DNA of 64,000 bases from Setoptus koraiensis. Taxonomy: Eukaryota > Animalia > Arthropoda. The first letter of the stretch is position 1. The number at the start of each line of letters is the position of its first letter. Made by a program: the position numbers and the translations under genes. Positions 1 through 13,000 of this stretch are shown here, piece by piece. The notes below the pieces were generated by a model. It made no database searches. It had not been told where the DNA came from and saw nothing but the letters and a program-made list of their open reading frames with translations. The stretch is from positions 6,634,001 to 6,698,000 of the forward strand of contig CM106585.1 of NCBI GenBank assembly GCA_048013815.1, written 5' to 3'.

Positions 1-376
1 CGTCGCGCTGTCGGACCGTCGCACTATCGGAATGTTGCACTGTCGAAACGATGCCAAAAGCCACTCGGCATCATGTTGGCGGGCTGACGATACAGTATGG
101 CTACTGCTGCTGCTGCTGAACTGACGCACCAAATGGCGCACTGTTTGCGGGGCCCCTCGCTATCGAATGGATGATCGGAGTTGCTCGAGTGTGTAATTGC
201 CAAATAATTGGGCATAATTCTCGTCGCTGGCGCACGAGCCAAGCTTACAAACTGTTATATTTTCGCTTGATTGAACTTTATAAAATGACAAGCACGGCGA
301 CATAACTAGCTCTATTATCGCCTCGATGGGCCCGCCGTGTCTTGGCAAAACTTGCGCCCCACAACCGGCGCACGAT

Positions 377-480
377 GCGCATGAATATTTGCGCATGAAT
401 ATTTGCGCATGAATATTTGCGCGAATATTTGCGCGGATATTTGCGCGGATATTTGCGCGGATATTTGCGCGGATATTTGC
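377..480. repeat. Tandem repeat: 14-bp ATGAATATTTGCGC x3 grading into 12-bp GGATATTTGCGC x~5
   Basis: Read directly; produces the RKYP/CADI/RGYL repeat ORFs. Confidence 0.9.
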
Positions 481-3400
481 ATTCGCGTACGTGCGCAACA
501 TTCAAATATCCGTCAGCTAATATCCGTCGATATTTCGCCGCCAATGCAACTGCATGCATATCCATCGCCATCGCCATGCTTCGGGGGCCCAATATGCATA
601 TCGAGCCAATATACATATATCACGTCATCACAATATCGTCGTCATGTTGACGTATGTGCGCGTTGCCATGTTCGCGATGACGGCATCGCTCTCATGCTCG
701 GCTGCTGCCAATTGTCGAGATGGCGCAACTTGATAGTCAACGGCGACAACGGCGCACATCGCGAAAACTGTGCCAAATCGCGCATCCTGTGCCGACTCTT
801 CGATCTCTCTGCGCGGTGCCAGCACGATGCCGGCACGATGCCGGCAAGGCCATGTTGGCGAGACGATCGTTCGCGAACGGCGACATGCCCGCTCGGCGCG
901 GTGTCGCATTGTTTGATTTGCGAGCTAGTTAGCGAGCTCGTTAGCGCTGGGCGACTCTAGCGACTTTCGCGACTCTCGCGACTCTCGCGACTAGCGACGC
1001 TAGCGACCTCGGCGACCGCATATCCATTGCAACGGCGGCTGCATATACAGCGCGACGGCGGCCGCCTATCCAGCGCGACGGCGACTGGATATCCATTGGA
1101 ACGGATGGCGAAAGTAATTGAATAACGGCGCCTGATTTATCAATGGATTTATCAATGAATTTATCGCCGCCCGACAATCGACAAGGCTTGTCACCGAGAG
1201 GCGCTGTCATTATTTTTCACAATAGCCCGTTGTATTTCATTTCGGCTCGTTCCGTTTCGTTTTTCATTCTTCTTTTCATTTGTCGTCGTTCGCCGAGAGC
1301 CACGTCGCGCGCCAAAGCGACTCGCTAGGCGATGCGAAATATCCGTCGGCGCCGGGCAAGTGTATCCAACGTCAAACTGGCGCACGTTGCCGCGAACGGG
1401 GCCCCTCGAAGCGGGCATAATCGCGCCCGCGAGACGAGATATTTGTGAAACTTGAGTGTTTGTCGCCGGCGACAAACACGACTCGGCCAGCTGTATAACT
1501 GGCGCCCGGCGATATAACTAAATCGCCCATAGCGATACACTTTTATCGGCGCATATCGGCGCATATCGGCGCGTATCTCCGCGTATCGCCGCATGTCGCT
1601 ATATGTCACATATCGCTGGGGCGATATATGGGGCGGCCAACTGTGGCGCCTCAATTGATTCGCCAGGGGCTGCGACGCCGATGAAATATATATGAGATAA
1701 TGTATTCGGCAGTATGTTTAACGCACTGGCGCTGGTATATTTAGCATCGGCATCCACCGGCGCCCAGCCCGGGTGTGGGCGCCCCGCGAGCCGGCGAGCC
1801 GGCGCGCCGTAAGTGCTTGTACGGCTGCCCGGCGCTGAATGGGCCCGCGAATCGCGAGTCGCAGCGTCGGGATAATGTCACAATGGCCGCCCGATCGGCG
1901 ATTGATTGTCGCCGATCACAGCCGCCGCCGCGCTGCAGCTGGATGCAGCATTGACCGGGCACAGAGCGGATTCCGCGCGCGGATTGCGACCCGCTTCCGC
2001 GCGCGCGCCCGGTGCGAGCAAACATTTGACGACGACATATGGCGAACGGCGGGGCGACAGATGACGGCCTCTAATCAGAGGCGCCCGCGAGAAAGGTTGC
2101 AAAGTCGCCCGGTCCAAACAACAGCAACGACGACAACTCCCGGGGCAAACAAACAAACAGACTGTGAAAGGCGCCTAATGAATGCGACACTCGCCAAGAC
2201 GCTCGCGCCGCGCTGTGCGCCCCCTGTCGCACGCGGTCGGTAGCGGCGCGGTCGGCGGCCGGGTCGGGCCGGCCCGAGCAAAGTGTAATCATGGAGAAAC
2301 AGGGTGCAATTTGCATACCGTCTCAAAACAGGCAGCAGCCATAATGATGCTCGAGTCATCAACTTTTGTCTAAATTGCACGACCGCACCGCTCATTAATT
2401 GATTGTGCAATTGTCAGGGCGCCCTGGGCTAGTTGCGCCAAGTGCCGCTTGTCTGGCGGCGGCGCCACTCGAGCGGCATCATTACGGCACAGTGCTGCGC
2501 GGTGCGGCGCGGCGCGGCACGGTGCGACGCGGCTCGGGCGGCGCGGTGAGGGGCCGAAATTGTACAAACTGTCTTAATACGGATAATAATCATAATCAGT
2601 TTCAGCATGATAATCAGTATGAAATGAGCACAATGAACAATGACGACGACGACGACTCGCGGCCCTAATAATATGCAATAAGCACAAAAGAATCGCATGA
2701 TTAATGAGCCCGCTAACACATAAAACATGTTCGCGGCGCCCGAAACACGGCCCCCACAATATACATTATACATCCCGATGGCGCCGCAAACATGGCAAGC
2801 TCGCCGTTTTTCAGCGCGCCGAGCCGCGCAGTTGAAAAATTGTAGGCTATGCGACAATTTAAATTTAACAAACATTTTGCGAGTGGATCGGCGACAATTG
2901 TCAGCGGTGCGCCAATTGTGGGCACCTCGCAATTTTGTTTGTCGCTCGAGTCGAGCGAGCTGAGTCGACACACAACTTTGTCACAACTGCAATCACACGG
3001 CCAAGACGCTCGTTGCCAGCAGCAGCCTCACAAATAAATACAAAACGAAACTAAATTATCAATCAGCAAAACAAACAACTCTGAGCCCCCTTGATTAATG
3101 ACAGCGACACCAGTCGGCCGAGCGCGGCGCCAACGAAAACAAGCCCCCAAAAGTGCCTACCTCCGACAATTGTGAACAATGGGCCCGAGACGCCGAGACA
3201 TGACGCAATAGATCGGACAGACTTCGGTGTGTGGCGCTGATCCGTGTAAAAGCAATTCAATTTGTACAAATAATCGCTGCGTCGTCCTCATCGCTTCACT
3301 CTTCCGTTTCTGTCGCTTGCGTCGCTTCTTGCGAGCCCTCGCTTCGCTCGATCCTCGGCTTCGTTCGAGCGGTCGCATCTCTCGAAAATTTCGAGTCGAA

Positions 3401-5482
3401 ATAACGCGTTGGTCGCATCGAGTTCGAGCGCTAGCATCTGTCGTCGTGGCGCCGCCGGCCGCGTTCGTCTGCCGTTTGCGGTCGCCCGCGCGCCCGCTCG
3501 CACAAGTGCACTCGTGGGCGCAAAAAGTGGAGCTCCCCCCCCCCGCCCGCTCGCAAATATGACACACACTAGTGAGCACTTAATGAGCACAATGCAAATA
3601 CATTGACGACGCGACGTTGCGTCGCCCCGCGAACGTATTTTGCGGACGTATTCTGCCGACGTATTTCGCCCGTTTGCCGGCTGGGGCCCCGACGAAACAA
3701 TCGCACACGACAATTGCGAGCGCCGCCACAAGAGTGCGCCATCAAGCCGCCCAATGATGGAGCACTTGACTCGTCCGCGCTACTTGCCAACCGCCGACAA
3801 GCTTGCCGGGCCCCAGAGGGATAATTTTATAATAATTTCACGCCGCCGCCGCCAGCCAGCGATCCTACTTGACTATACAAATACGCAGCATATTCACGCC
3901 GTAAATGTATATTCACGGCGCCAATTCGGGTTTCATTTCTCAAGCGCGTCGCCGGACAAACACACTCCGCGGGCAAAACAATCGTTCGCCCGCGGAATTC
4001 TTTCTAACACCAACTTGTAAGCGAGCCCCGTGTATGCAAGCCAGCAAAATTTTCACAAATCTTGTGCGGGAAATTCTCGCAACTAATATCGCACGAGCGC
4101 CGTATTAATAACGCCGTATTATATTAAATATTACAGTCTAATAGAATAACTGTGGCCGTTGTTTGTGCGCCCCACGATGATATTTATGAGGCCCGACAAT
4201 CGCGTTGTTTGCTCGCTTCAACTAACCACGACCAACGATCAGCTGGCGCGATTACTCGGCAACGGCCACGCCGACAACAACTTTGTTAACTCTGGCCCCT
4301 GGCCGTTACATCCGGATATGGCCGCCAGACGTCCATTAGACGGTGACAATCTCAACAACTGCGGCTCAGATCCGATCCGAACCGCAAATATACTCGCTGA
4401 CATTACTTATTTGTACTTAGTACGCCAATTGTCTCTCACTCGTGTAGGCGCATTAAGTCGGCCCGACCGTCGCAAAATATAAAATATATGCTAGCGCGTC
4501 TGTTTGTGTTCTGGAAATTTCTGCTCACTACTGTTTTTAAAGTTTCTCCGGTTTTTCTTGTCGGCGCCACGAGCTAGCCAGCCGAACTGGTAAGTGGGCG
4601 CCGCTGACAATAAATCGGGCCCCCGTTTCCGATGTCAACAAGCGCCCGTTGCGACCCTTCGTGAACCCTTTCCACGCCTCTGCCGGCCGATAATCGGCTC
4701 GACACTGTCTACTCGTGCGGATATTTTCGAGAGCGCCCGAGCTTCAGTTCGGCCCGCGCCGCGCCTCGCGCATTCCTGGCGCGTTATCTGGCGCATTTCG
4801 TCTCTCTTATCTTGCGCTCTGGGCGCCGAGCCGAAGCTCGCGCCCGAGCGAAAACTCAAAATGGGCTCGCCGGGCCCATTTCGAAGGCGTTTTGTGTGAG
4901 ACGGCAGCATTTTTGGAATTTTTCCCTTGCTCGCTGCTCGGCTGCGGCACCTGAAAAATTGATTAAATTTCGAAGGGGGATCTATCGAGCGCCGACCGAG
5001 AATCTATCGAGCACGGAGCGAAATTCCGGCGCGGGGGCGCCTCAAATGATAAATAGAGAAACAAACACAGAGTAATCATGATAATCCGTTTGTCGTTGTG
5101 GCGGCGCCGGCGCCACCAGCGACTAATCGGCAAACGAGAATGGCAGAATGACACGTGAGACTTGCAGTTGTCTGTTTTATCCCTTGGCCGGCTCACTATT
5201 TATGTATAACAATCATCATCATTTATTATCATTATTATCATCATTGCGCCCTGTCGGGCCGGGCGAAATGTTTGTGTGGCTCGTGGTAATTTCGGGGCCT
5301 GTTTCTGGGCCGCTTGTGGCGGCGCAGAAACGGCAGCGGGCAGCAAAGAACGAGCGGGCGAGACTTTTAAAACAGTTACAAAAATACTTGGCTTCATCGG
5401 GGATTACTCACGTTTCGGCTGATAGAGTCAGCTCGCGCTTTATCAGGATATTGGCTCCTCTGCGAATTGCTCGCCTGGGCGC

Positions 5483-5577
5483 TCGTTTTTCGCGTTTTTC
5501 GCGTTTTTCGCGTTTTTCTCGTTTTTCGCGTTTTTCTCGTTTTTCTCGTTTTTCGCGTTCTTCTCGTTTTTCGCGCG
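5483..5577. repeat. 9-bp tandem repeat (CGTTTTTCG / CGTTTTTCT) x~10
   Basis: Read directly; produces the SRF/EKR repeat ORFs. Confidence 0.9.
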
Positions 5578-7825
5578 TTGATTCCTTTCCTCGGCGATTC
5601 TCTTCTCGGCTCGCGAGCTTGTTCGCGGGCTCATTCGCCGGCGCGTCGGCCGATCCGCTGGCTCGGCGGCTGATTGGCGGGCTCGGCGTTGCCGAAACAA
5701 AACGAGGCAGCGAGCTGAGAGTCACATGGGCCCGATGAAAACTTTCCGACGACTGGGCTCGCCGTTTTTACTGCTGCCAGCGCTGCTGTTACTTTTGGCT
5801 CGCGACTCGCGATAATACAAAGCCACAAACGATGGCTCGTAAATAATGTTAACAAGCTACGACAACAATCGACATTGAACATTGAACATAAGTCGCTCGT
5901 CTCGGCGCATTTCTGCAGCTCGGCTGCAGCATCTGAACGACGGGGCGAGCTAACAAAAACGCACACAAGAACAAGATTACAGTCGGGCTAAACGCTAACA
6001 ACTGAAAAATCCGTGACACATCGATCGGCTGGGCGCAACCAACAAGAGATATATCATAATCTCGATGTAATCGTCTTACATGGTCGCTCGCGAGCTGCTA
6101 ATAGCCGCGCCTAGCGACCGCGATTGTCGAGTTGGCGCGCCAGCTACTCGCCCAGCTTTTGTCTCAGTTTGTTGTGTGTCGAGCGACGCCAAGAAGCGAG
6201 AAAATAGGATGAGAAACGAAGACGAAATAGATGGCTTCGTCATCGGCGCTCGCATTCTCATTTGCGGCGTCTAACGACGTTGGCTAGGCCAGCCACTGGC
6301 AGCGCCGCCCGGCGGCCAATTGGCGGCCGGGCGTAATGATTAGTCTCGTCTGACGATCGGGCCAGCGGCCCGTTGGCCCGTTGGCGTGGCTTATCGCAAC
6401 CCAAATCGTTACAAATGTACATGTTAAATACATACATGAGCGCGCAAGTAATTATTATCAGCGGCTCGGCGCGGCACACGCCGGGCCGGGCCGGCAAGAG
6501 TGCGCGAACGGCGCTAGGCGCCACGTACAATTGTTTTGCGATTGCCGCTGCCGCAACAATCCCAAATTCCCGAAAGCCCCAGAGTCGCTGCGAGCCGCTT
6601 GAGGCATATAAAAGACGAGACATCGAGAGAAATAAATCTTGCGCCTGGCCAATAAAAGCCGAAAAATATAAATAAATGATACAATAAATGATACAGTCAA
6701 CGGCGAGCAGTGTGCGCATTTTCGGCACACTCCACTGATCGCCAAGATCATCATCGCCGTCTCTTATTTGCAACCGACGCCCCCTACCCCAGCCCGGCGC
6801 CCCTATCGCAACTAAACACAATCAAACTAACAACAATCATTTATTTATGGCGCCATCATTATTGCGCAACGCATCGTTACGTGGAGCAACGTGGCGCGTA
6901 GCGCCCCCATTCGGACAGACAACACATAATTCAAGGTAACTTTTCCAGGAATTATCTCCATTATTCGATCGTCGAGATAAAATAAAGGATGTAGTCGGCG
7001 TTTGGTCAGCGGGGGCCTGGCTAGCGGAGTTGGGGCAGATGCGATTAAACTGTCGGCATAGAGAAAATCGCACGAGACGAGAACCAGAGACACAATGAGC
7101 GAGCGAGAAAAATGAATGCCGTTATAAATGTGATATATTGTTAGTGGCGTTTATCGCCTATAGAGGGCTTATCACGTCGGCCAGCGTAACGTTCGGTGCA
7201 GTTGTGGCCAAATTGAGTTGGAGCTGCCGATAATAAATCTCAAGTTGGAAATTTTTGTGCCAATTTATGCGAACCTGTGTGAGGGGATTTTTTTCAGACA
7301 GACACTGGCCAGGTTCGAAAACGATCGTGCGAAGCAACAATTTTTCTGCGGAAATCGCTCCCAAGAATGATGGAAAACAGATGCAAATCGGCAAATTGCA
7401 AAACAAACGAAAACAAATTAACACGGCGAGAGGCGAGAATTGGCTCACTGGCAACAAGACAGAATCGGTTTGTTTTGGTGTTGCCTGATTGTTTACTGGT
7501 ACAAGTGTATTTCCGAGAGCAGATAATAAATATTCATTTGTTTGTTCGCGTCATTTGTTTGCCTGACAGTCCGGCAGGGGCGCAATGACGCAATCGCTCG
7601 GCTCGGCAACTAACGGACTAATTAGCCGCTACAAAACATTTGCAGCAAACCCGCGCAAAAGGGCGCCAGAAAGAACTTGAAAAGCTGGCTCGACGAGGCC
7701 CGATCTCTTGGGAAATTTGTCAGTGGGGGGGGGGAAGGTCGCCAGAGAATACACAGAATAGAGATGAGCGATTTTCGCCACTGTGCGTCTCTATGGTAAC
7801 GCCACGGCAGCCGATAAACAACCGC

Positions 7826-7890
7826 CGACGGATAGAGTCGACGTACAGAGTCGACGGACAGAGTCGACGGATAAAGTCGACGGATAAAGC
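7826..7890. repeat. 12-bp tandem repeat with GTCGAC core (GAGTCGACGGAT-like) x~5
   Basis: Read directly. Confidence 0.8.
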
Positions 7891-9947
7891 CGACGAAGAA
7901 TATCGCTGACAAACTGACAGTTGGCAACGGCGCTGGCCCCAATCCATATTTATTCATTTAATCGTACCTGTACCCTGTTTGGCGAACGTCGCCGAGCGCC
8001 GCGAAAGTTATATGTACAGTCAGCTGTATTTCATGTGACAGTCGATGGGACGGGATAGACAATAGTGTGTGCATAAACAATTGGGGGCCCACACGAGAGC
8101 CACCCGAACGAGCGCTACCCAGTTAGCAAGAATTTTCGTCGCCGACGAGCCAACAACAAAAAGCAATCGCAAGTAATTGAGGCACAATCCATTTGAGTGA
8201 CATCAGCGCCATATAATATGTGAGTGAAAAAGGCACCCAACGACGATAAATCACTCGTCCGACGAGAAAACAAATCAAATTTGATAAGCTCGCCAAGTTG
8301 GGGCCAAGGCCGTGTACGGGTGCGGATGCAATTGGCGGAAGTTAACCCTGTGCGGCCTATCGATGTTGTATTAAATCGTACGCATGATCGAGTATTATAT
8401 TTTGTGTTGTATATATCGGCGGGCATTGTGTCAATAGATTACCCGAGGCATGTTGCGGTCAAAATCATGTTGTTGTACAGTGATATTTTGGGCAGCAAAT
8501 TGATACAACGCCCATCGTTTGTGGCGACCACCGAGGCGAGTTATAAAAGCGCGATAACGTCAACAGATATTGATGACACGATTCAATCTTGATCACATTG
8601 CGCGCCGGCCCGATCCGGCCGGCAACGATTCGCAACGGACCCGGCCGGACCGGACCGGACCGGACCCATGACCGATTTAAACCAGCTTCAAATGAGCTAA
8701 TTGTGACTTGGCAGCGATTTGTCGGGCCAGCCGCAACTCAACCGCAACTCACTGGCCGGCGAGCGATAAAAAAACCGATGTGATGTGACCGCTGTGACAG
8801 CCGCTTTGTCAGTTACAGCTAGTTGTGTGACAAACAATGTTACATTTTATCAGACTGCTGCTGCTGCTGTATTTTGTCTGCTGGCCGAGTCAGCAGCAGC
8901 GCCTCTTGTGGCGAGTTTTGCCACAAATTTATCATCATGATGATATTTCATCATGGGAGCTGGCTGAAGAACGCAGGCCACAACAAACAGTCAAACAAGC
9001 GGTGTTTTGTGAGTTAGGTGACGACCTCAGTGTGGCCGTAATAGCGACATTATGAGTTGCTGGTGGCAAGCCCGCTCTGGCGTGTTCGGTGACATTGCGC
9101 CTAGAGTGGAGGTCTTGATAGCCCAAAGGACCCATGTGAAATTGGAGGCCGCACTGAGAAAATGGCTGGCAGAAGAAAGGCGCCTCCCCGTTCGGTTTAG
9201 TTTCAGTTTAGTGTGGGGCGCTGATTTCGCCAAGTCGGCCACTTGGCAAAATCAGTGGGGGCAGCCCGAAAAAATGGTGCAACTCGAGGTGCGCAGGTAA
9301 ATTCGAGACTGGGCCACTTTATTGAGCGAAGATTGGAGTGGTGAATTGAGCGGATAAAGTTGTTGTCGCAAGAGGCGCTGATTTTGAATAACGTGCACAC
9401 TATTGTGGCCCCATTGGCTTGTCACAATCAGGGCTGCATTGTCGCCCACGCCGGTAGCCACTGTAGCGTGTCCGTTGTAGCTCAAGTGACTCATTTGTCA
9501 TAGATAATAATATCAAGGTTGCACGTTCATTAAGTATGCACGTCTCGTGTTGTTGTGCGTGCTGCTCGTGTGTGCGCAGTGGATCACTTCCGGTTCCTCA
9601 AATGACCAGTGCGTGAAAAAACGCGCGCAAGCCTGCGAAAGATTGAGGCAACGAGAAACGAATGAAGCGTCACCGGCAGACAGTTGGCTTGATTTGCCCG
9701 CAAGGGGTCGCAAGAAATAAAAAACTGTGCTCATCATTAGGGGGGGGCCCGTGCTGATACTAGCGCTGCATACTAGCCTGGTATTAGGTAAGGTATTAGC
9801 CCGGTCGCGGTCGTCATTAGTGTGTTCGTGTTACGTAAGACGTAGATATCGGCGAGACGAGTTGGTCACTAACCATTGCTCACCAGTCATAGTAATTTGT
9901 TTAATCGAAAATTGGCTCAGTCGGCTCGGCATTGAGCCGATTTTCGC

Positions 9948-10020
9948 TTGGTGAGTTTTCCAATGAGTTTTTCCATTGGCGAGATCCAGTGAGTTTTTCC
10001 ATTGGCGCAATCCAGTGAGT
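9948..10020. repeat. Short tandem repeat GTGAGTTTTTCCATTGGCG...ATCCA (~26 bp, x2-3)
   Basis: Read directly. Confidence 0.7.
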
Positions 10021-13000
10021 GAGCCGACGAGCAAAAACACGCCACACCGAAAAGAAGCGCCAACCGGAAGTAACGACGCGTAAGCCGTCTAACACGACGT
10101 GTGTGCGCGCGCGAATCGCAATCAATGGCGGCTGCTTTTTGCCCCCATTTATATATATATATAGATCGTCCGTCAGTTGAACCGATTGTAAATGCCTAGT
10201 CAATTGCGACAATGCGCTGGCAGCCAGAGCGAGCTAGCTCGCAGAAAATCAGCTTAACTTTAATTTTATTTCAACTTTTTCTCCTTCTTCGTCTTTTCGT
10301 TGGCCAGCCAGCCAGCCGGCGGCGCACACAAACACACACGGCACAAATACAGCGACAAATAACGGTATTGCTAAGCTCACCTGAGAGGCCAGACGGCGGG
10401 TCTGAGTGCGTCGGAGTGGGGGCGTCTTGCTCGTTTCGCTTTGGGGATCTCGTCAGACTTTCTCTCGCAGGCTTTCTCTGCCAGACACTGGCGGCCAGAG
10501 AAAGGTCGTGTGCCAAAACTTGCTTCGAATCACTTTTGTTGATCGATTCGCCAGTTTGAAGCGCTCGCCCGTCGCATTCTTTGCTCTGTCCAATCCAAAC
10601 ACCGGACCCAACGACCACTGACACTACAACGCCGACAAACAACACCAACAAAAAGCGTCCAAAGCCAATTGCTTCCACTCTAGTTGCCCTCTTGCCCAGC
10701 AGAGCGACTCGGAGGCCCGAACACCTTGCCAGCCTAGGCCGACATTGGCCCCACAGGCCCCACACACCGGCAACAAAGAGCGCAGTGTGGTCGTGCAGCT
10801 CATGAGCCACTGAATACGGGCCCCATTCAGTGGCTGGCCATTATTGTTGAGCTTGCAGTGTTCAGACATTCAATTGAGAGCGGCCCGAAAACGAATCCCC
10901 AGCCGACAGCGACTCAAGTGACCCCCTCGCACGGTCTCACGGGCTCAGGCTGACTGTTCGGAGTGGGTCTCGAGTCGCCACTATCCACTTTGGGCCCGCC
11001 TCTATTTAACACGGCCGCCTGTCTAGTGTTCAATTTCGTCCTATTTCGTCTGTCCGTTTCGTCTGTCCATTTCGCTTGTCAAAAGTCGCCTTCGCGCTAG
11101 CAGTGGCAAAAAGCGAAGGCGAAAAACGCAAACAAAGCTGAATTTTGTAAATTTTTCCAAGGTAAAAATCGATTTTCGCTCGCAAAATCCAAAACAAAAA
11201 GCGACAGATTCTGCAATTCCTGAGAAAACAAAGATACGCGACGCAAGCTGGAAAAAGTGAAAAATGCCCACAGTAATATGTTTGGTATTGTGCTGAAAAA
11301 GCTTGGAAATTCTCACAAAAGCCTATGTGCAAGTCTGGTCGGTGCCTCATCAATAATCCAAATACAAACAATCGAATAACATAAACAAGTGGAAATTCCG
11401 AGCCAAACTTTTGTTATTTATTCCTTTGCACTTTTCGTCGCTCTGACAAGAACAAAAATGTTTGTCCACGCAACTAGGGCGACACACGATGAACAGAGGA
11501 AATAAATTGTATATCTAAACAGAGAGACAAAGCATGTGACACGCACCAGAAAATGAATTTGTCCTCGGGCCCTCAAAGACCGCTGTCACAAATGTAAATG
11601 CAGATTGTAGTTGAATGGGCGCAACTTGTAATTCTAATGAGATACTGGCTTAACCATCAAGTGAAAAATGTTTGCTGGTACAAAACTAAATCAATAATCA
11701 CAACATGGTGTCACAATACTTTTAAAAACATAGTCTGCAGGCGGCCTCACAGACATAAATGAGAGATAAAAAGACGAAAACTCGTGTCTGTATATCATCA
11801 ATATGGTCGAAATATGGATTGAAATGTTTATTAAATTTGTCGCTGTGCCAGAGATGGAGCGACTGAAAATTTTCTGCAGGCTCACCGTTACAAAATCGCC
11901 GAGTTACCTGAGCGCCGAGAATCGGATTAAAAGCACTGTTGTTTGGGGCACACTTCGTGGAACAGTGGCATCGTCTCCTGCTTTCAAGAGCCCACATAAA
12001 TTAAGTCGGTCAAGTGACAGTCTATTTCAATAAGCTGAAAAAATGGCCTCAACGCCGACCATGATTCAAATGAATCGCTCAATTGATTCATTCTGCCACA
12101 CACAGACAACTTTGGGCCAACTGAAGGTGCCAAAACAGGGCCCAAGATGCTTGGCGGTTGACCGCATTGAACTAGGTTTCAGTTCAGTTCGGTTCGAATT
12201 GAATTAGAGAGTCGGCGGTGATAAGATTTTTTGCTCTATCTAACAAGAAACAGCCACTTTTTTATGGAATATGTTTGATATGTGGATGCCCAGACAGAAA
12301 AAACGCGCTGGAATGATTCCGTGTCGACCTAACTTGTGAATGTTTTGTTCTTGGCGATATTTTTATGTGCTGCCCATAATGACAGATTTATTTTTATTCT
12401 GTGTTATTTCGGCGAACGATGCTTCGAAACTGGTAGAGATGGCGAAACCAAATCAAAAATGCAAAGCCGTTCGGCACGGTTAACTGTGCATTTTTCGGTT
12501 TCCGTTCGGTTTCTGTTTTCGGTCAGATCTGAGAACATTCGGTTAACCGAGCCGAAAAGTATTTTTCTGACTGAATCTGTAATATCTAAAAACTGAAAAG
12601 ACGAAAACGTATCCCTATGGATGATCGAAGCCTCCTCAATGGTTACTTTGATACTGGGTGTTGGGCATATTTGCAAGTGGCAAGCAAATCCGTCAAGTGT
12701 GCAGCCGAAAATTGATGAATTTTTCGGTTTTAATTCGGTCTCGGTTCATAGTCAGAAAAAATGTGGCGGCTCAGTTAACCGCTATGGCATCTCTGGTGTC
12801 AACCGAGCCGTGTCAAGCAGAATCTTTCGGGCAAGTTTGACCCGGAATTGGAGACAAAATATCGAGTAATAGGAGATGTTGCGAGTCCGATTGTGAACTC
12901 GTGGTCGAAGGCAGTGCTTCACACCGTGTGAATCACACGTGCTGATTTAGCGAATTTTTTTTTTGTCAATTCTTTGGCGAAGAGAAGTCAAATGGCAAGC

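Noticed and set aside
5148-5738. 196-aa SR/RF-repeat protein
   Set aside because: The frame is open because of a stop-free 9-bp repeat; no domain and no independent support
11691-11885. GPCR TM1-like fragment (GTATNLINISIHISTILM)
   Set aside because: 64 aa, bounded by stops, with no further TM exons found
12266-12285. miR-190-like sequence ATATGTTTGATAT
   Set aside because: Seed mismatch and no complementary arm
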